Source: Phycisphaerae bacterium (GTDB lineage: Bacteria; Planctomycetota; Phycisphaerae; UBA1845; PWPN01). From it: a DNA stretch of 64,000 nucleotides. The translations under genes and the position numbers were made by a program. Under the pieces are notes generated by a model. That model saw only the letters and a program-made list of their open reading frames with translations. It did no database searches and was not told the DNA's origin. Below, piece after piece: positions 30,579-39,850 of this stretch (position 1 is its first letter; every line of letters starts with the position of its first letter). The stretch covers positions 19,019 through 83,018 of the forward strand of contig JABRVU010000014.1 in assembly GCA_039961895.1 (NCBI GenBank), written 5' to 3'.

Positions 30579-31753
30579 CCCAGTTCAAGAACGACCACCT
30601 CAGCTTCAGCCGGCTGACCCGATACGAGTCGTGCCCGCTCTCGTACCGGCTGCACTACATCGACAAGCACCAGCCCGAGCCCGGCATCGCCCTGCGTTTC
30701 GGCAAGGTCATCCACGCGGTCCTCGAGCGACTCGTCCGCGAGGCGGTCGACGACGAGCGCAGCGGACCGCTCTCCGAGGACCGGGCGCTCACGGTCTTCC
30801 GCGACGCCTGGACCGCCGACGGCCTCACCGGCATCGAGCTGTTCCAGGAGGGGATCGAGATCCTGCAGCGGTTCGTCCGCGAGCAGGGCGTGATCGAGCA
30901 CCGGGACGTCCTGGCGGTCGAGAAGGAGTTCCGGCTGCCGGTCGGGCCGTTCACCGTGCTCGGCTTCATCGACCGCGTTGACTGCGTGGACGACGAGACG
31001 GTCGAGGTCATCGACTACAAGACCAACCGCCAGCTCTTCACCCGCGACGAGCTCGACACCAGCCTCCAGATGAGCCTGTACCACGTCGCGGCCCGCAAGC
31101 TCTGGCCGTGGGCGAAGAAGGTGAAGCTCACCTTCTGGATGCTGCGCCACGGGGTCCGCCAGGAGACCGAGCGCACGCCCGAGCAGCTCGACGCCGCGCT
31201 CGCCTACGTGGAGACGCTCGGCAAGCAGACCGAGGTCGCCACCTCCTTCCCGGCCCGCCTCAACACGAACTGCCCGTACTGCGACCACCGGGCCGGCTGC
31301 CCCGCCTACGCCGAGGCGCTCAAGGGCACGCGCGACTTCGTCTGCCCCGACCTCGCCGACCTCGAGGCCGTGGCCAAGGAGCGTGAGGAGGTCGCCCGGC
31401 TCGCGAAGGTCCTCTACGCCCGCAAGGAGGAGCTCGAGGCGGTGCTCAAGGCCCACCTCAAGGAGCAGGAGGAGCTGGTCCTCGGCGGCGTGAAGTACCG
31501 GATGTTCAACGCCACCAAGCTCGAGTACCCGCTCGCCGCCACCATCGAGAAGCTCGGCCAGGCGACGGGCAAGGCCTGGAACGACCTCGTCGGCGACCTC
31601 GCGGTCATCGACAACAAGGCGCTCGAGGACCTGCTCAAGAAGCTCGCGAAGCAGACCGACAAGAACCGCGTCGCGCTGCTCAAGGCCGAGCTCGAGGCCG
31701 GCGCCCGCAAGACGCAGATCCCGAGGTTCTGGGCGAAGGAGGTGTCCGCGTGA
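30575..31753 (+). CDS. PD-(D/E)XK nuclease (RecB/Cas4-like, with C-terminal Cys cluster)
   Basis: N-terminal [17 protein letters not shown], core GFIDRVD...VEVIDYKT (D...D/E-x-K) with QMSLY, and C-terminal [11 protein letters not shown] as in Cas4/AddB Fe-S nucleases. Confidence 0.7.
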   Translation: MTQFKNDHLSFSRLTRYESCPLSYRLHYIDKHQPEPGIALRFGKVIHAVLERLVREAVDDERSGPLSEDRALTVFRDAWTADGLTGIELFQEGIEILQRFVREQGVIEHRDVLAVEKEFRLPVGPFTVLGFIDRVDCVDDETVEVIDYKTNRQLFTRDELDTSLQMSLYHVAARKLWPWAKKVKLTFWMLRHGVRQETERTPEQLDAALAYVETLGKQTEVATSFPARLNTNCPYCDHRAGCPAYAEALKGTRDFVCPDLADLEAVAKEREEVARLAKVLYARKEELEAVLKAHLKEQEELVLGGVKYRMFNATKLEYPLAATIEKLGQATGKAWNDLVGDLAVIDNKALEDLLKKLAKQTDKNRVALLKAELEAGARKTQIPRFWAKEVSA

Positions 31754-32292
31754 ACGCCTCCCTCGAACAGCTCCTCGCCAACCTCCAGTTGGACGAGCGC
31801 GCGGTCGCCGAGGCCGCTCTCGTCCGGCTCGACCAGGGGCGGCCGGTCTACGGCCCGTGGCGGATCGACGACGGCCGCGACTACCCGAAGGAGGCCTTCG
31901 CCGAGGTCATCGACGCGCTCCACTACTGCGCGGCCGAGCTGGTGCGCCTCCGTCGCGCCCGGCCTCGCCCCGAGGGACGTCGGCTGCGCGTCTACGTCTG
32001 CCACCCGTTCGGCGGCGACCCCGAGGGCAACGCCCGCAAGGTGAAGGTCATCTGCCGCGCGGTCGTCGAGGGCGGCCACCTGCCGATCGCCCCGCACATC
32101 TACCTGCCCGCGTTCGTGGATGAGCGCGACGAGCGAGACCTCGCCATCACGCTCTGCCTCGAACTGGTCGCGGTCTGCGACGAGCTGCGGGTCTACGGCG
32201 GCACGGTCACCGGCGGGATGCGCCGGGAGATCGACCGCGCCGAGGCGCTCGGCATCCCCGTCCGCTTCGTCGCCCCGGAGGCCCGGTCATGA
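31750..32292 (+). CDS. DUF4406 / nucleoside 2-deoxyribosyltransferase-like domain protein with extra N-terminal domain
   Basis: The C-terminal roughly 105 aa ([15 protein letters not shown]...[22 protein letters not shown]...[23 protein letters not shown]) match the pattern I recall for this phage family. The N-terminal roughly 65 aa are separate. Confidence 0.5.
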   Translation: MNASLEQLLANLQLDERAVAEAALVRLDQGRPVYGPWRIDDGRDYPKEAFAEVIDALHYCAAELVRLRRARPRPEGRRLRVYVCHPFGGDPEGNARKVKVICRAVVEGGHLPIAPHIYLPAFVDERDERDLAITLCLELVAVCDELRVYGGTVTGGMRREIDRAEALGIPVRFVAPEARS

Positions 32293-32627
32293 GCGGCGCG
32301 CACTCCAGACGCAAAGGGGCCGAATGGGAGCGCGAGCTGGTCCACCGCTTCCGCGAGGCCATGCCCGACGCCGAGGTGAAGCGCGGGCTCCAGTACCGCT
32401 CGGGCGAGGAGGCGCCGGACGTGGACGTCCCGTGCTTCTTCGTCGAGGCCAAGCACCACCACCGCACCAACGTCCGCGCCGCCCTCGAGCAGGCCACGGT
32501 CGCGTCGCCGAAGGGACGCTGGCCGATCGCGGTCTGCAAGGACGACCGCAAGTCGCCGCTCGTGGCGATGGACCTCGAGGACTTCCTCGACCTCCTCGCC
32601 GAGTGGTGGAGGGGGTGCCGCAGGTGA
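32289..32627 (+). CDS. Small PD-(D/E)XK endonuclease (Holliday-junction resolvase-like)
   Basis: RRKGAEWERELVHRF...DVDVPCFFVEAKHH has the G-x-x-E, D and E-x-K arrangement of Hjc/RecU-like resolvases. 112 aa. Confidence 0.55.
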   Translation: MSGAHSRRKGAEWERELVHRFREAMPDAEVKRGLQYRSGEEAPDVDVPCFFVEAKHHHRTNVRAALEQATVASPKGRWPIAVCKDDRKSPLVAMDLEDFLDLLAEWWRGCRR

Positions 32628-33421
32628 GCAGCACCTTCCGGGCGACGTTCGACGCCATGCGCACCGAGGTCGGGACCGGCTCGTGCCGCGAGTTCGACGA
32701 GGCGAAGCCCCGTCACCGCTGCCTCGCCCGGCACGCGACGGTCCTCTCGGTGCTCGCCGCCATGAGCGACGAGTCGCCCGCCGGCTGGGTCGAACGCGAG
32801 GCGCTCACCCGCGCCCTCATCGCCGAGCACCAGGCGACCTCGAGGTCGTTCTGGGCGTCGGCGTTGCTCGTCGCCTACTACCCGATGCTGAGCCGCCTCC
32901 GTCATCGGATCTGGGGCGAGGCGCTCGACCGCGACGACCTCGACCAGCTCGTCATCTCCTGCTTCCTCCAGGTCGTCGCCTCGTTCCCGCTCGCGGAGGT
33001 CACCGATCGCACCGCGCTCAGGCTGCGGCAGCGAACCGAGCGCCGCGTGTTCAAGGCCGTCCGGCTCGAGCAGCAGCTCCAGCGCGACCGCGCCGAGCTG
33101 GACGAAGCCGCGGAGCCCTCGGTCGCCCCGTTCGACGAGGAGCAGCCCGAGGCGACACCGGAGACCGACCCCGAGGAGACGGTGGCGATGCTCATCGACC
33201 TCGCGGGGCAGCACCTGCCCGGGCAGAACCTCGACCTCGTCGTCGCGACCATCCTGAAGCGGGAGCGGCTGCGCCACTACGTGAAGCGGGTCAACGGCGA
33301 CGAGCAGCCGCACGAACGGGTCTACCAGCGGCTCAAGCGCCGCCGCACCCGCGCGGTCAACCGCCTGCGCGACCTACTCGAGTCCGCGCTCGGTCCCCGT
33401 TCCGACTCCTGCGCCCTTTGA
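32624..33421 (+). CDS. Second phage sigma-70-family-like factor (late-gene regulator candidate)
   Basis: GTG start overlapping the previous stop (GTGA). Helical core SFWASALLVAYYPMLSRL...DDLDQLVISCFLQVV parallels the 21262..22020 protein. The basic C-terminal helix YQRLKRRRTRAVNRLRDLL is region-4-like. It sits just upstream of terS. Confidence 0.45.
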   Translation: MSSTFRATFDAMRTEVGTGSCREFDEAKPRHRCLARHATVLSVLAAMSDESPAGWVEREALTRALIAEHQATSRSFWASALLVAYYPMLSRLRHRIWGEALDRDDLDQLVISCFLQVVASFPLAEVTDRTALRLRQRTERRVFKAVRLEQQLQRDRAELDEAAEPSVAPFDEEQPEATPETDPEETVAMLIDLAGQHLPGQNLDLVVATILKRERLRHYVKRVNGDEQPHERVYQRLKRRRTRAVNRLRDLLESALGPRSDSCAL

Positions 33422-33451
33422 CCCTCCGGGAGCCCCGCGCGGAGGAACGCA

Positions 33452-34216
33452 GTGACCAAGAAGAACACCGACGCCGAGGCGAAGAAGAACGGCCGCCCGC
33501 GCAAGGGCGACGGGCCGAAGGTGAACTACGACGAGCTGGACCGGATGCTCGTGCTCGGCGAGCTCGTGCCCTCTCCCGACGGCGGCGAGCCCGCCGTGAA
33601 CTACCCCTCGTACCGCGAGCTGGCGAAGCGCTATGGCGTCTGCCACAGCGTCGTCGCGGACTACGCCAAGAAGCACGACTGCCTGCGCCGGCGCGACCGC
33701 GCCCGCGAGCGGCTGCTGGCGAAGACCGAGGAGAAGCTCCTCGAGCTGCGTGCCGAGGCCATCGCGTTCTCGAAGGAGGACGCCGTCGCCACGATCGACG
33801 AGTACCTGATCGCGTTCCGCGAGGCCGTCGCCGAACGCAAGGTGCGGGTGGACAGCCCGAGCGACTTCAACATCATGCTGCGCCTCAAGGAGTTCATCCT
33901 GGGCGGCGCTGACTCCCGCCAGGAGGTCCACGCGGCGCTGTCGCTCGAGGAGCTGCAGGCCCGCCACCGCGAGATGCTCAAGGCGGTCGAGGACGCGAGC
34001 GAGGACGAGCGGGGTAGCACTCTCGGCGCCGCGAAATCGCTCGCCGCTGGTGAACAGCGGGAGGACGACAACCCCCCGCCTCCCTCCCTCGCGACTGGCC
34101 CGGGAGAACCGCACGGTCGGCCCGGGCCCGACGCGCAGCAGACACCGCCGGACGGCGACGACGAGGCCGCCGTCGCGGCCCACGTTGGCCCGAGTGGCGA
34201 CGAGGAGGAGCCGTGA
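33452..34216 (+). CDS. Terminase small subunit candidate (HTH protein)
   Basis: N-terminal basic region plus HTH (SYRELAKRYGVCHSVVADYAKKH), a coiled-coil middle and an acidic tail. It is the last gene before the terL region. The call rests on position and architecture only. Confidence 0.45.
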   Translation: MTKKNTDAEAKKNGRPRKGDGPKVNYDELDRMLVLGELVPSPDGGEPAVNYPSYRELAKRYGVCHSVVADYAKKHDCLRRRDRARERLLAKTEEKLLELRAEAIAFSKEDAVATIDEYLIAFREAVAERKVRVDSPSDFNIMLRLKEFILGGADSRQEVHAALSLEELQARHREMLKAVEDASEDERGSTLGAAKSLAAGEQREDDNPPPPSLATGPGEPHGRPGPDAQQTPPDGDDEAAVAAHVGPSGDEEEP

Positions 34217-34249
34217 AGGCCTGGCGGCCAGGCCCGATCGCCGGCGCGC

Positions 34250-34284
34250 GTACCGCCGAGAAGAGCAGAAAGCGGCGGTTCGCC
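34250..34284 (+). repeat. Repeat copy A (GTACCGCCG...AAGCGGCGGTTCGC)
   Basis: A roughly 35-bp imperfect direct repeat of 35249..35284. The cores AAGCGGCGGTTCGC at 34270-34283 and 35270-35283 are identical. Confidence 0.7.
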
Positions 34285-34347
34285 GCGCGGGCGGCTCGCA
34301 GGAATGCGGAGTTGCGGCGCGGAGTTGGCGCGCCCCTCGCGGTGGCC

Positions 34348-34359
34348 AACCGCCGCTTT
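34348..34359 (-). repeat. Inverted copy A' of the core (AACCGCCGCTTT)
   Basis: Reverse complement of AAAGCGGCGGTT at 34269-34280, read directly. Confidence 0.65.
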
Positions 34360-34587
34360 CCTCTGCGTTTCGCGGGCGGGTGGTCCCTCGGAGGTCATCA
34401 TGCCTACCTCTGCCCACAGCCGGGGGGAGGGTCGGATTTTCGTGCCGGGCAGCCCGCTGGCTCGGATGCTCGTTCCCCATCCCGAGAAGGCCAGATCCGG
34501 GAAACCGAACGGGGTGCCCCCGGACAACCGAGCGGGCGGTTCCCGGTGGCCGTGTTCGGTTTCGAGGTGCAAGTAGGTCCCCGGTAC

Positions 34588-35205
34588 TCAGCAGGGCAGG
34601 TCGCGGACGGCGCGGACGAGGTCCTCGTCGGAGGGATGGGCGTAGATGGACGTGGTCAGGATCGACTTGTGCCGTGCGAACCGCTGGGTCATCCGGATGT
34701 CCTTGGTGCGGCGGTAGAGCGTCGAGCAGGCGCTGTGCCTCAGCGAGTGGAACGAGAGGTGCCGCTCGAACCCGGCGCGCTCCTGCCAGGTCGTGAAGTT
34801 CTCCCGGAGCTGCCGGCTCGACAGGCGCTTGCCGAGGCGGCTCACGAAGACGGGCGCGTCCGGGGCGAGGCTCTCGCCCTGGTGCCGTTTCCAGGAGCGC
34901 AGCTTCTCCAGCTTCGCCCGCACGAGGTCGGGGAGCACCACCTCCTGGATCGCGGGCTCGTCGGCGCTGCGCTTGAACACCCGCAGGGTCACCCGCCGCT
35001 TGGCGCGGCCCTCGTCGTCGAAGACGTCGCCCATGTCGAGGGCGAGCAGCTCGTGCTCGCGCAGGCCCGTGCCCAGCGCGAGGCTGATGATCACGTGGTC
35101 GCGGAAGCCGTCGCGGTGCTCGCCCGTGACCTTGAGCAGGAGCTTCTGCTCGAGGTCGGTGAGCGTGCGCGGCGGCTTGGCGATGGCATCGGCGTACGCG
35201 GTCAT
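34588..35205 (-). CDS. Short tyrosine recombinase (catalytic domain only, FimB/FimE-sized)
   Basis: [12 protein letters not shown] (Arg), HSLRHSA (His-x-x-Arg), [12 protein letters not shown] (His...Tyr). 205 aa from the ATG at 35205, which is preceded by GGAGGTG. There is no room for an N-terminal core-binding domain. Confidence 0.85.
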   Translation of the reverse strand: MTAYADAIAKPPRTLTDLEQKLLLKVTGEHRDGFRDHVIISLALGTGLREHELLALDMGDVFDDEGRAKRRVTLRVFKRSADEPAIQEVVLPDLVRAKLEKLRSWKRHQGESLAPDAPVFVSRLGKRLSSRQLRENFTTWQERAGFERHLSFHSLRHSACSTLYRRTKDIRMTQRFARHKSILTTSIYAHPSDEDLVRAVRDLPC

Positions 35206-35248
35206 GGGTTCACCTCCTGGCCGTTCGTCACGCTCCCATACAGGCGTC

Positions 35249-35284
35249 GTACCGCCGCAAAGGCAAGGCAAGCGGCGGTTCGCG
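35249..35284 (+). repeat. Repeat copy B (GTACCGCCG...AAGCGGCGGTTCGC)
   Basis: Direct repeat of copy A, located between the recombinase start (35205) and the terL start (35298). Confidence 0.7.
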
Positions 35285-35297
35285 CGGCGGTGAGGTC

Positions 35298-36734
<1,437 letters not shown>

Positions 36735-36738
36735 GAGG

Positions 36739-37458
36739 TCAATCGTCGTGGCAGGCGCCGCCGCAGCCGCAGTCCTCGCCGCGCCAAGCCTCACGGCCTT
36801 CGGCGACGAGGAACCAGGTCATGCCGAGCGCGGCCACCGGGTCTGCCCACCACCAGCCGAGGGCGGCGTTCAGAGCGATGCCGACAAGAGTGATCAAGGA
36901 CAGCCAGAAGCATGCGGTCGTCTGAAACGAATCAGCCTCCAGCGCCCGGCTTCCCAGGCGGCGGGCGGTCCTGCGCTTCGCACGCGCCAGCCACCACATC
37001 ACGGTAAGGGACAACGACGTGATGGCGATGCCGACCAAGGAAGGCTCGGGCCGCTCCCGCGTGATTAGTGCCTTGGTCGCGTCGAACGCGACGTAGGCCG
37101 CGAGCAGGAACAGCGAGAGCCCGACGAGCTTGTGCGCCCGCTGGTCCAGCCGATCGACCTCCTCGGGGTCACGCGCCCGGCGCTCGGCGCGCAGACGCCA
37201 GATCAAGATCAGGCCCGACGTCGTTTCGACAAAGCTGTCGATGCCGAAGCCGAGCAACGCCACGCTGCCGGCGGCCAGGGCGGCGGCGACGGAAACGACG
37301 CCCTCGACGATGTTCCAGCCGACGGTCAGGTACTCGAGTCGCAACCCTTGTTTCACCAGCGCCGGCCTCTCGGAACCGTGGCAGCCGGACGCGCACTGGC
37401 AATTGGAACCCTCGGCGATGCCGGTGCCGGGAGCCTCGTTGCCGCGCTCCTCAGGCAT
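36739..37458 (-). CDS. Cation-efflux (CDF-like) membrane protein with Cys-rich termini
   Basis: TM core LEYLTVGWNIVEGVVSV...GFGIDSFVET, N-terminal CQCASGCHG, C-terminal CGCGGACHDD. Its stop lies 4 nt from the convergent terL stop. Confidence 0.65.
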   Translation of the reverse strand: MPEERGNEAPGTGIAEGSNCQCASGCHGSERPALVKQGLRLEYLTVGWNIVEGVVSVAAALAAGSVALLGFGIDSFVETTSGLILIWRLRAERRARDPEEVDRLDQRAHKLVGLSLFLLAAYVAFDATKALITRERPEPSLVGIAITSLSLTVMWWLARAKRRTARRLGSRALEADSFQTTACFWLSLITLVGIALNAALGWWWADPVAALGMTWFLVAEGREAWRGEDCGCGGACHDD

Positions 37459-38362
37459 GGGCGCTCCCTTCGCAGTCCGCGGTCAAGCAGCCTTCACTCG
37501 CGACCTCGACCTGCAGCGTGACGTGGCCAATCTCGAACTTCGCCTCCAGGGTCGCCAGCACGGCCATCCGAAGCGCGGCCACATCGGCCCCGGCGCCGAC
37601 CACGAGGTGCGCCGTCAGCGCCGGCTCCCTACTTCCGAGCGACCACACATGGAGATCGTGAACGGACACGACGCCCGGCTCGGCGAGCAGCGCGCTACGG
37701 ATGCGGTCGAGAGAGAGATGCCCGGGCACGCCCTCCATCAGGATGTGCCCGGCCTCGCGCACCAGAATCCAGGTCCGGGGCAGGACCCACAGGCTGATGA
37801 GCACCGCGATGAGCGGGTCGGCGACGGTCCACCCGGTTACCTTGATGACCGCCGCCGCGATGATCACGCCGACGGAGCCGAGCATGTCGCTCCAGACCTC
37901 GAGGTAGGCGCCCTTCACGTTCAGGCTCTCCCCGCTGCCGGACTTCAGCAGCAGCATCGAGACCAGGTTCACGACCAGCCCGCCGACCGCGATGACGAGC
38001 ATGCCGGTCGATGCAATCGGCGACGGCGTGCGGAACCTGCCGACGGCCTCCCAGAAGATGTAGCCGGCCACCACGAAGAGGAGCACTCCGTTGATGAGCG
38101 CCCCGAGCGCCTCCATGCGCGCGTAGCCGAACGTGCGCTTGGCGTCCGGCGGCCTGCGAGAAAGCCGAACCGCCACGAGCGAGATCACCAACGCGAACAC
38201 GTCCGTCGCCATGTGCGCCGCGTCCGAGATAAGGGCCAAGCTGTTCGTGAGCAGCCCGCCCACGACCTCGGCCACCAGGAAACCGGCGGTCAGACCGAAC
38301 GCCCACCAGAGGGGGCGCTCGTGCTTCACCTCCGCGCGGTGATGTTCGTGTTCTCCGCTCAT
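37451..38362 (-). CDS. czcD: CzcD/ZitB-type cation diffusion facilitator (Zn/Co/Cd efflux)
   Basis: His-rich N-terminus MSGEHEHH, signature LTNSLALISDAAHMATD, six-TM pattern and a C-terminal cytoplasmic domain (VHDLHVWSL). Confidence 0.85.
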   Translation of the reverse strand: MSGEHEHHRAEVKHERPLWWAFGLTAGFLVAEVVGGLLTNSLALISDAAHMATDVFALVISLVAVRLSRRPPDAKRTFGYARMEALGALINGVLLFVVAGYIFWEAVGRFRTPSPIASTGMLVIAVGGLVVNLVSMLLLKSGSGESLNVKGAYLEVWSDMLGSVGVIIAAAVIKVTGWTVADPLIAVLISLWVLPRTWILVREAGHILMEGVPGHLSLDRIRSALLAEPGVVSVHDLHVWSLGSREPALTAHLVVGAGADVAALRMAVLATLEAKFEIGHVTLQVEVASEGCLTADCEGSAHA

Positions 38363-38400
38363 GCGTACCACCTTCCTCCGTTCGCTCCGGGACGGCTCGC

Positions 38401-38889
38401 TCACCGCCCGTCGGAGCGTTCCGGAGCCGGGGCAGTTGTCCTCGCCACGTTCTCACCGCAGTCGAAGGTGCCGTCCACGGCCGTGCAGCCGCTGTCGTGG
38501 ACCGCCAGCATGAGCCGGGAGCTGCCCGCCGGCACCGCCTTGAGTTTCGTGCGAAACGAGGCGCCGTACCAGCCGTGCTGCTTGGGGCTCGTGCTCCGCT
38601 TCAGGGGCAGGCTTTCGGCCAAGAGGTCCTGCCCTTGCCGGTCCTTGATCGCCACGTCGACGTGCTCGTCCCGCACGCAGTACCCGTGGCGATGCTCTAC
38701 CTTGCCGTAGACGACGAGCTCGCCCTCGTCCTCGTCGGCACGCACGTAGGTGATGCGGTGGAAATCGCTCTCCGCGACGCTCACCACGAGCTTCGAGTCG
38801 TTGGACACGTAGGGGAGCGTCGTCGCGCATCCCCCCAGCGCCACGGTCACCGCCGCCGCACCGAGCAAACGAAATTTCAGTAGATCCAT
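38401..38889 (-). CDS. Lipoprotein of unknown function
   Basis: MDLLKFRLLGAAAVTVALGGC lipobox. The listed 344-aa ORF extends upstream through Arg-rich sequence overlapping the ICMT gene and is rejected. Confidence 0.55.
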   Translation of the reverse strand: MDLLKFRLLGAAAVTVALGGCATTLPYVSNDSKLVVSVAESDFHRITYVRADEDEGELVVYGKVEHRHGYCVRDEHVDVAIKDRQGQDLLAESLPLKRSTSPKQHGWYGASFRTKLKAVPAGSSRLMLAVHDSGCTAVDGTFDCGENVARTTAPAPERSDGR

Positions 38890-39515
38890 GGAATGTACCT
38901 CCAGCTTCTGCCGGCGTAGGCGCGATATGCCTCGCCGTGCATATTCACCAGGTGCTCCTCCTCGGCGCGCACCTGGAGCTCCATCACGACAAAGAACAGG
39001 ACCGCGAAGCTGGCGACCAGCGTCGTCGGCCAGATGATCCACAGGCCCAGATTGACCAGATGCAGACCGAGGTACGTGGGATTGCGAACGCGGCGATAGA
39101 TGCCGCCGGTCACGAGGTCCGTGCGGCGGTCGACATCGATGCCGACCCGCCACGCGGAGCCCATCGTCGCCTGCGCGGCCGCGCACACGGCAAGCCCCGC
39201 GACACCAAGGACGGCCCCGGCCACGTCGAACCACCAGGGGTCGAGCGCGGCCACCCGCACCAAGGGCGGCCAGGCGTCGGGTGCCCCCGCGTGAAGCCCG
39301 ATGACGAGGACGACCAGGCCGGTCATGACTCGCAAGAGTCTCGCGAAGTACCGCTGCACCGGCGTCGTCGCCATGTGGATCACCTCGGGGTCGACGCCTG
39401 TACGACGCCGGTCGCGGTGTCGCTTCAGTCGCCACAGTGCCAGGTAGCCGACGAAGAGCGACACCACCTCAGCGGCTTCGACGAGACGGTGCGTGGTCAT
39501 GGCCGGCCCCATCAC
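38877..39515 (-). CDS. Isoprenylcysteine carboxyl methyltransferase (ICMT/PEMT) family membrane protein (CzcN-like)
   Basis: GGIYRRVRNPTYLGL...VRAEEEHL...YRAY family signature with multiple TM helices. Confidence 0.75.
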   Translation of the reverse strand: MMGPAMTTHRLVEAAEVVSLFVGYLALWRLKRHRDRRRTGVDPEVIHMATTPVQRYFARLLRVMTGLVVLVIGLHAGAPDAWPPLVRVAALDPWWFDVAGAVLGVAGLAVCAAAQATMGSAWRVGIDVDRRTDLVTGGIYRRVRNPTYLGLHLVNLGLWIIWPTTLVASFAVLFFVVMELQVRAEEEHLVNMHGEAYRAYAGRSWRYIPWIY

Positions 39516-39841
39516 ACCGCACCCGCACCGCGCTCGCCGGTGCGGATCTTCACGACGTCCGCGACGTCGTAGAGGAAGATCTTTCCGTCGCCCGCGAGCC
39601 CGGTGCGGGCGGCTCGGGCGATGGTCTCGATCACCTTCTCAACGAGCGCATCCGGAACGACGACCTCGAGCTTGGCCATCTTCGCCTCGCCGGTGAGGTC
39701 GGGAGTCTCGCCGCCGGGGTCGTTACGGTTGAAGCCGTAGACCATCGACATGGTGATGCCCGGCAGGTGCGGCAGCTCCTGGAGGCTGTCGATGACCTTG
39801 TCGAGCATGTTGCGCTTCACGATCGCTTTGATCTCCTTCAT
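39512..39841 (-). CDS. P-II (GlnB-like) family protein
   Basis: MKEIKAIVKR...GITMSMVYGF...LEVVVPDALVEKVIETIARAARTGLAGDGKIFLYDV...IRTGE tracks GlnB end to end. Confidence 0.8.
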   Translation of the reverse strand: MKEIKAIVKRNMLDKVIDSLQELPHLPGITMSMVYGFNRNDPGGETPDLTGEAKMAKLEVVVPDALVEKVIETIARAARTGLAGDGKIFLYDVADVVKIRTGERGAGAV

Positions 39842-39850
39842 GGCCGTCTC

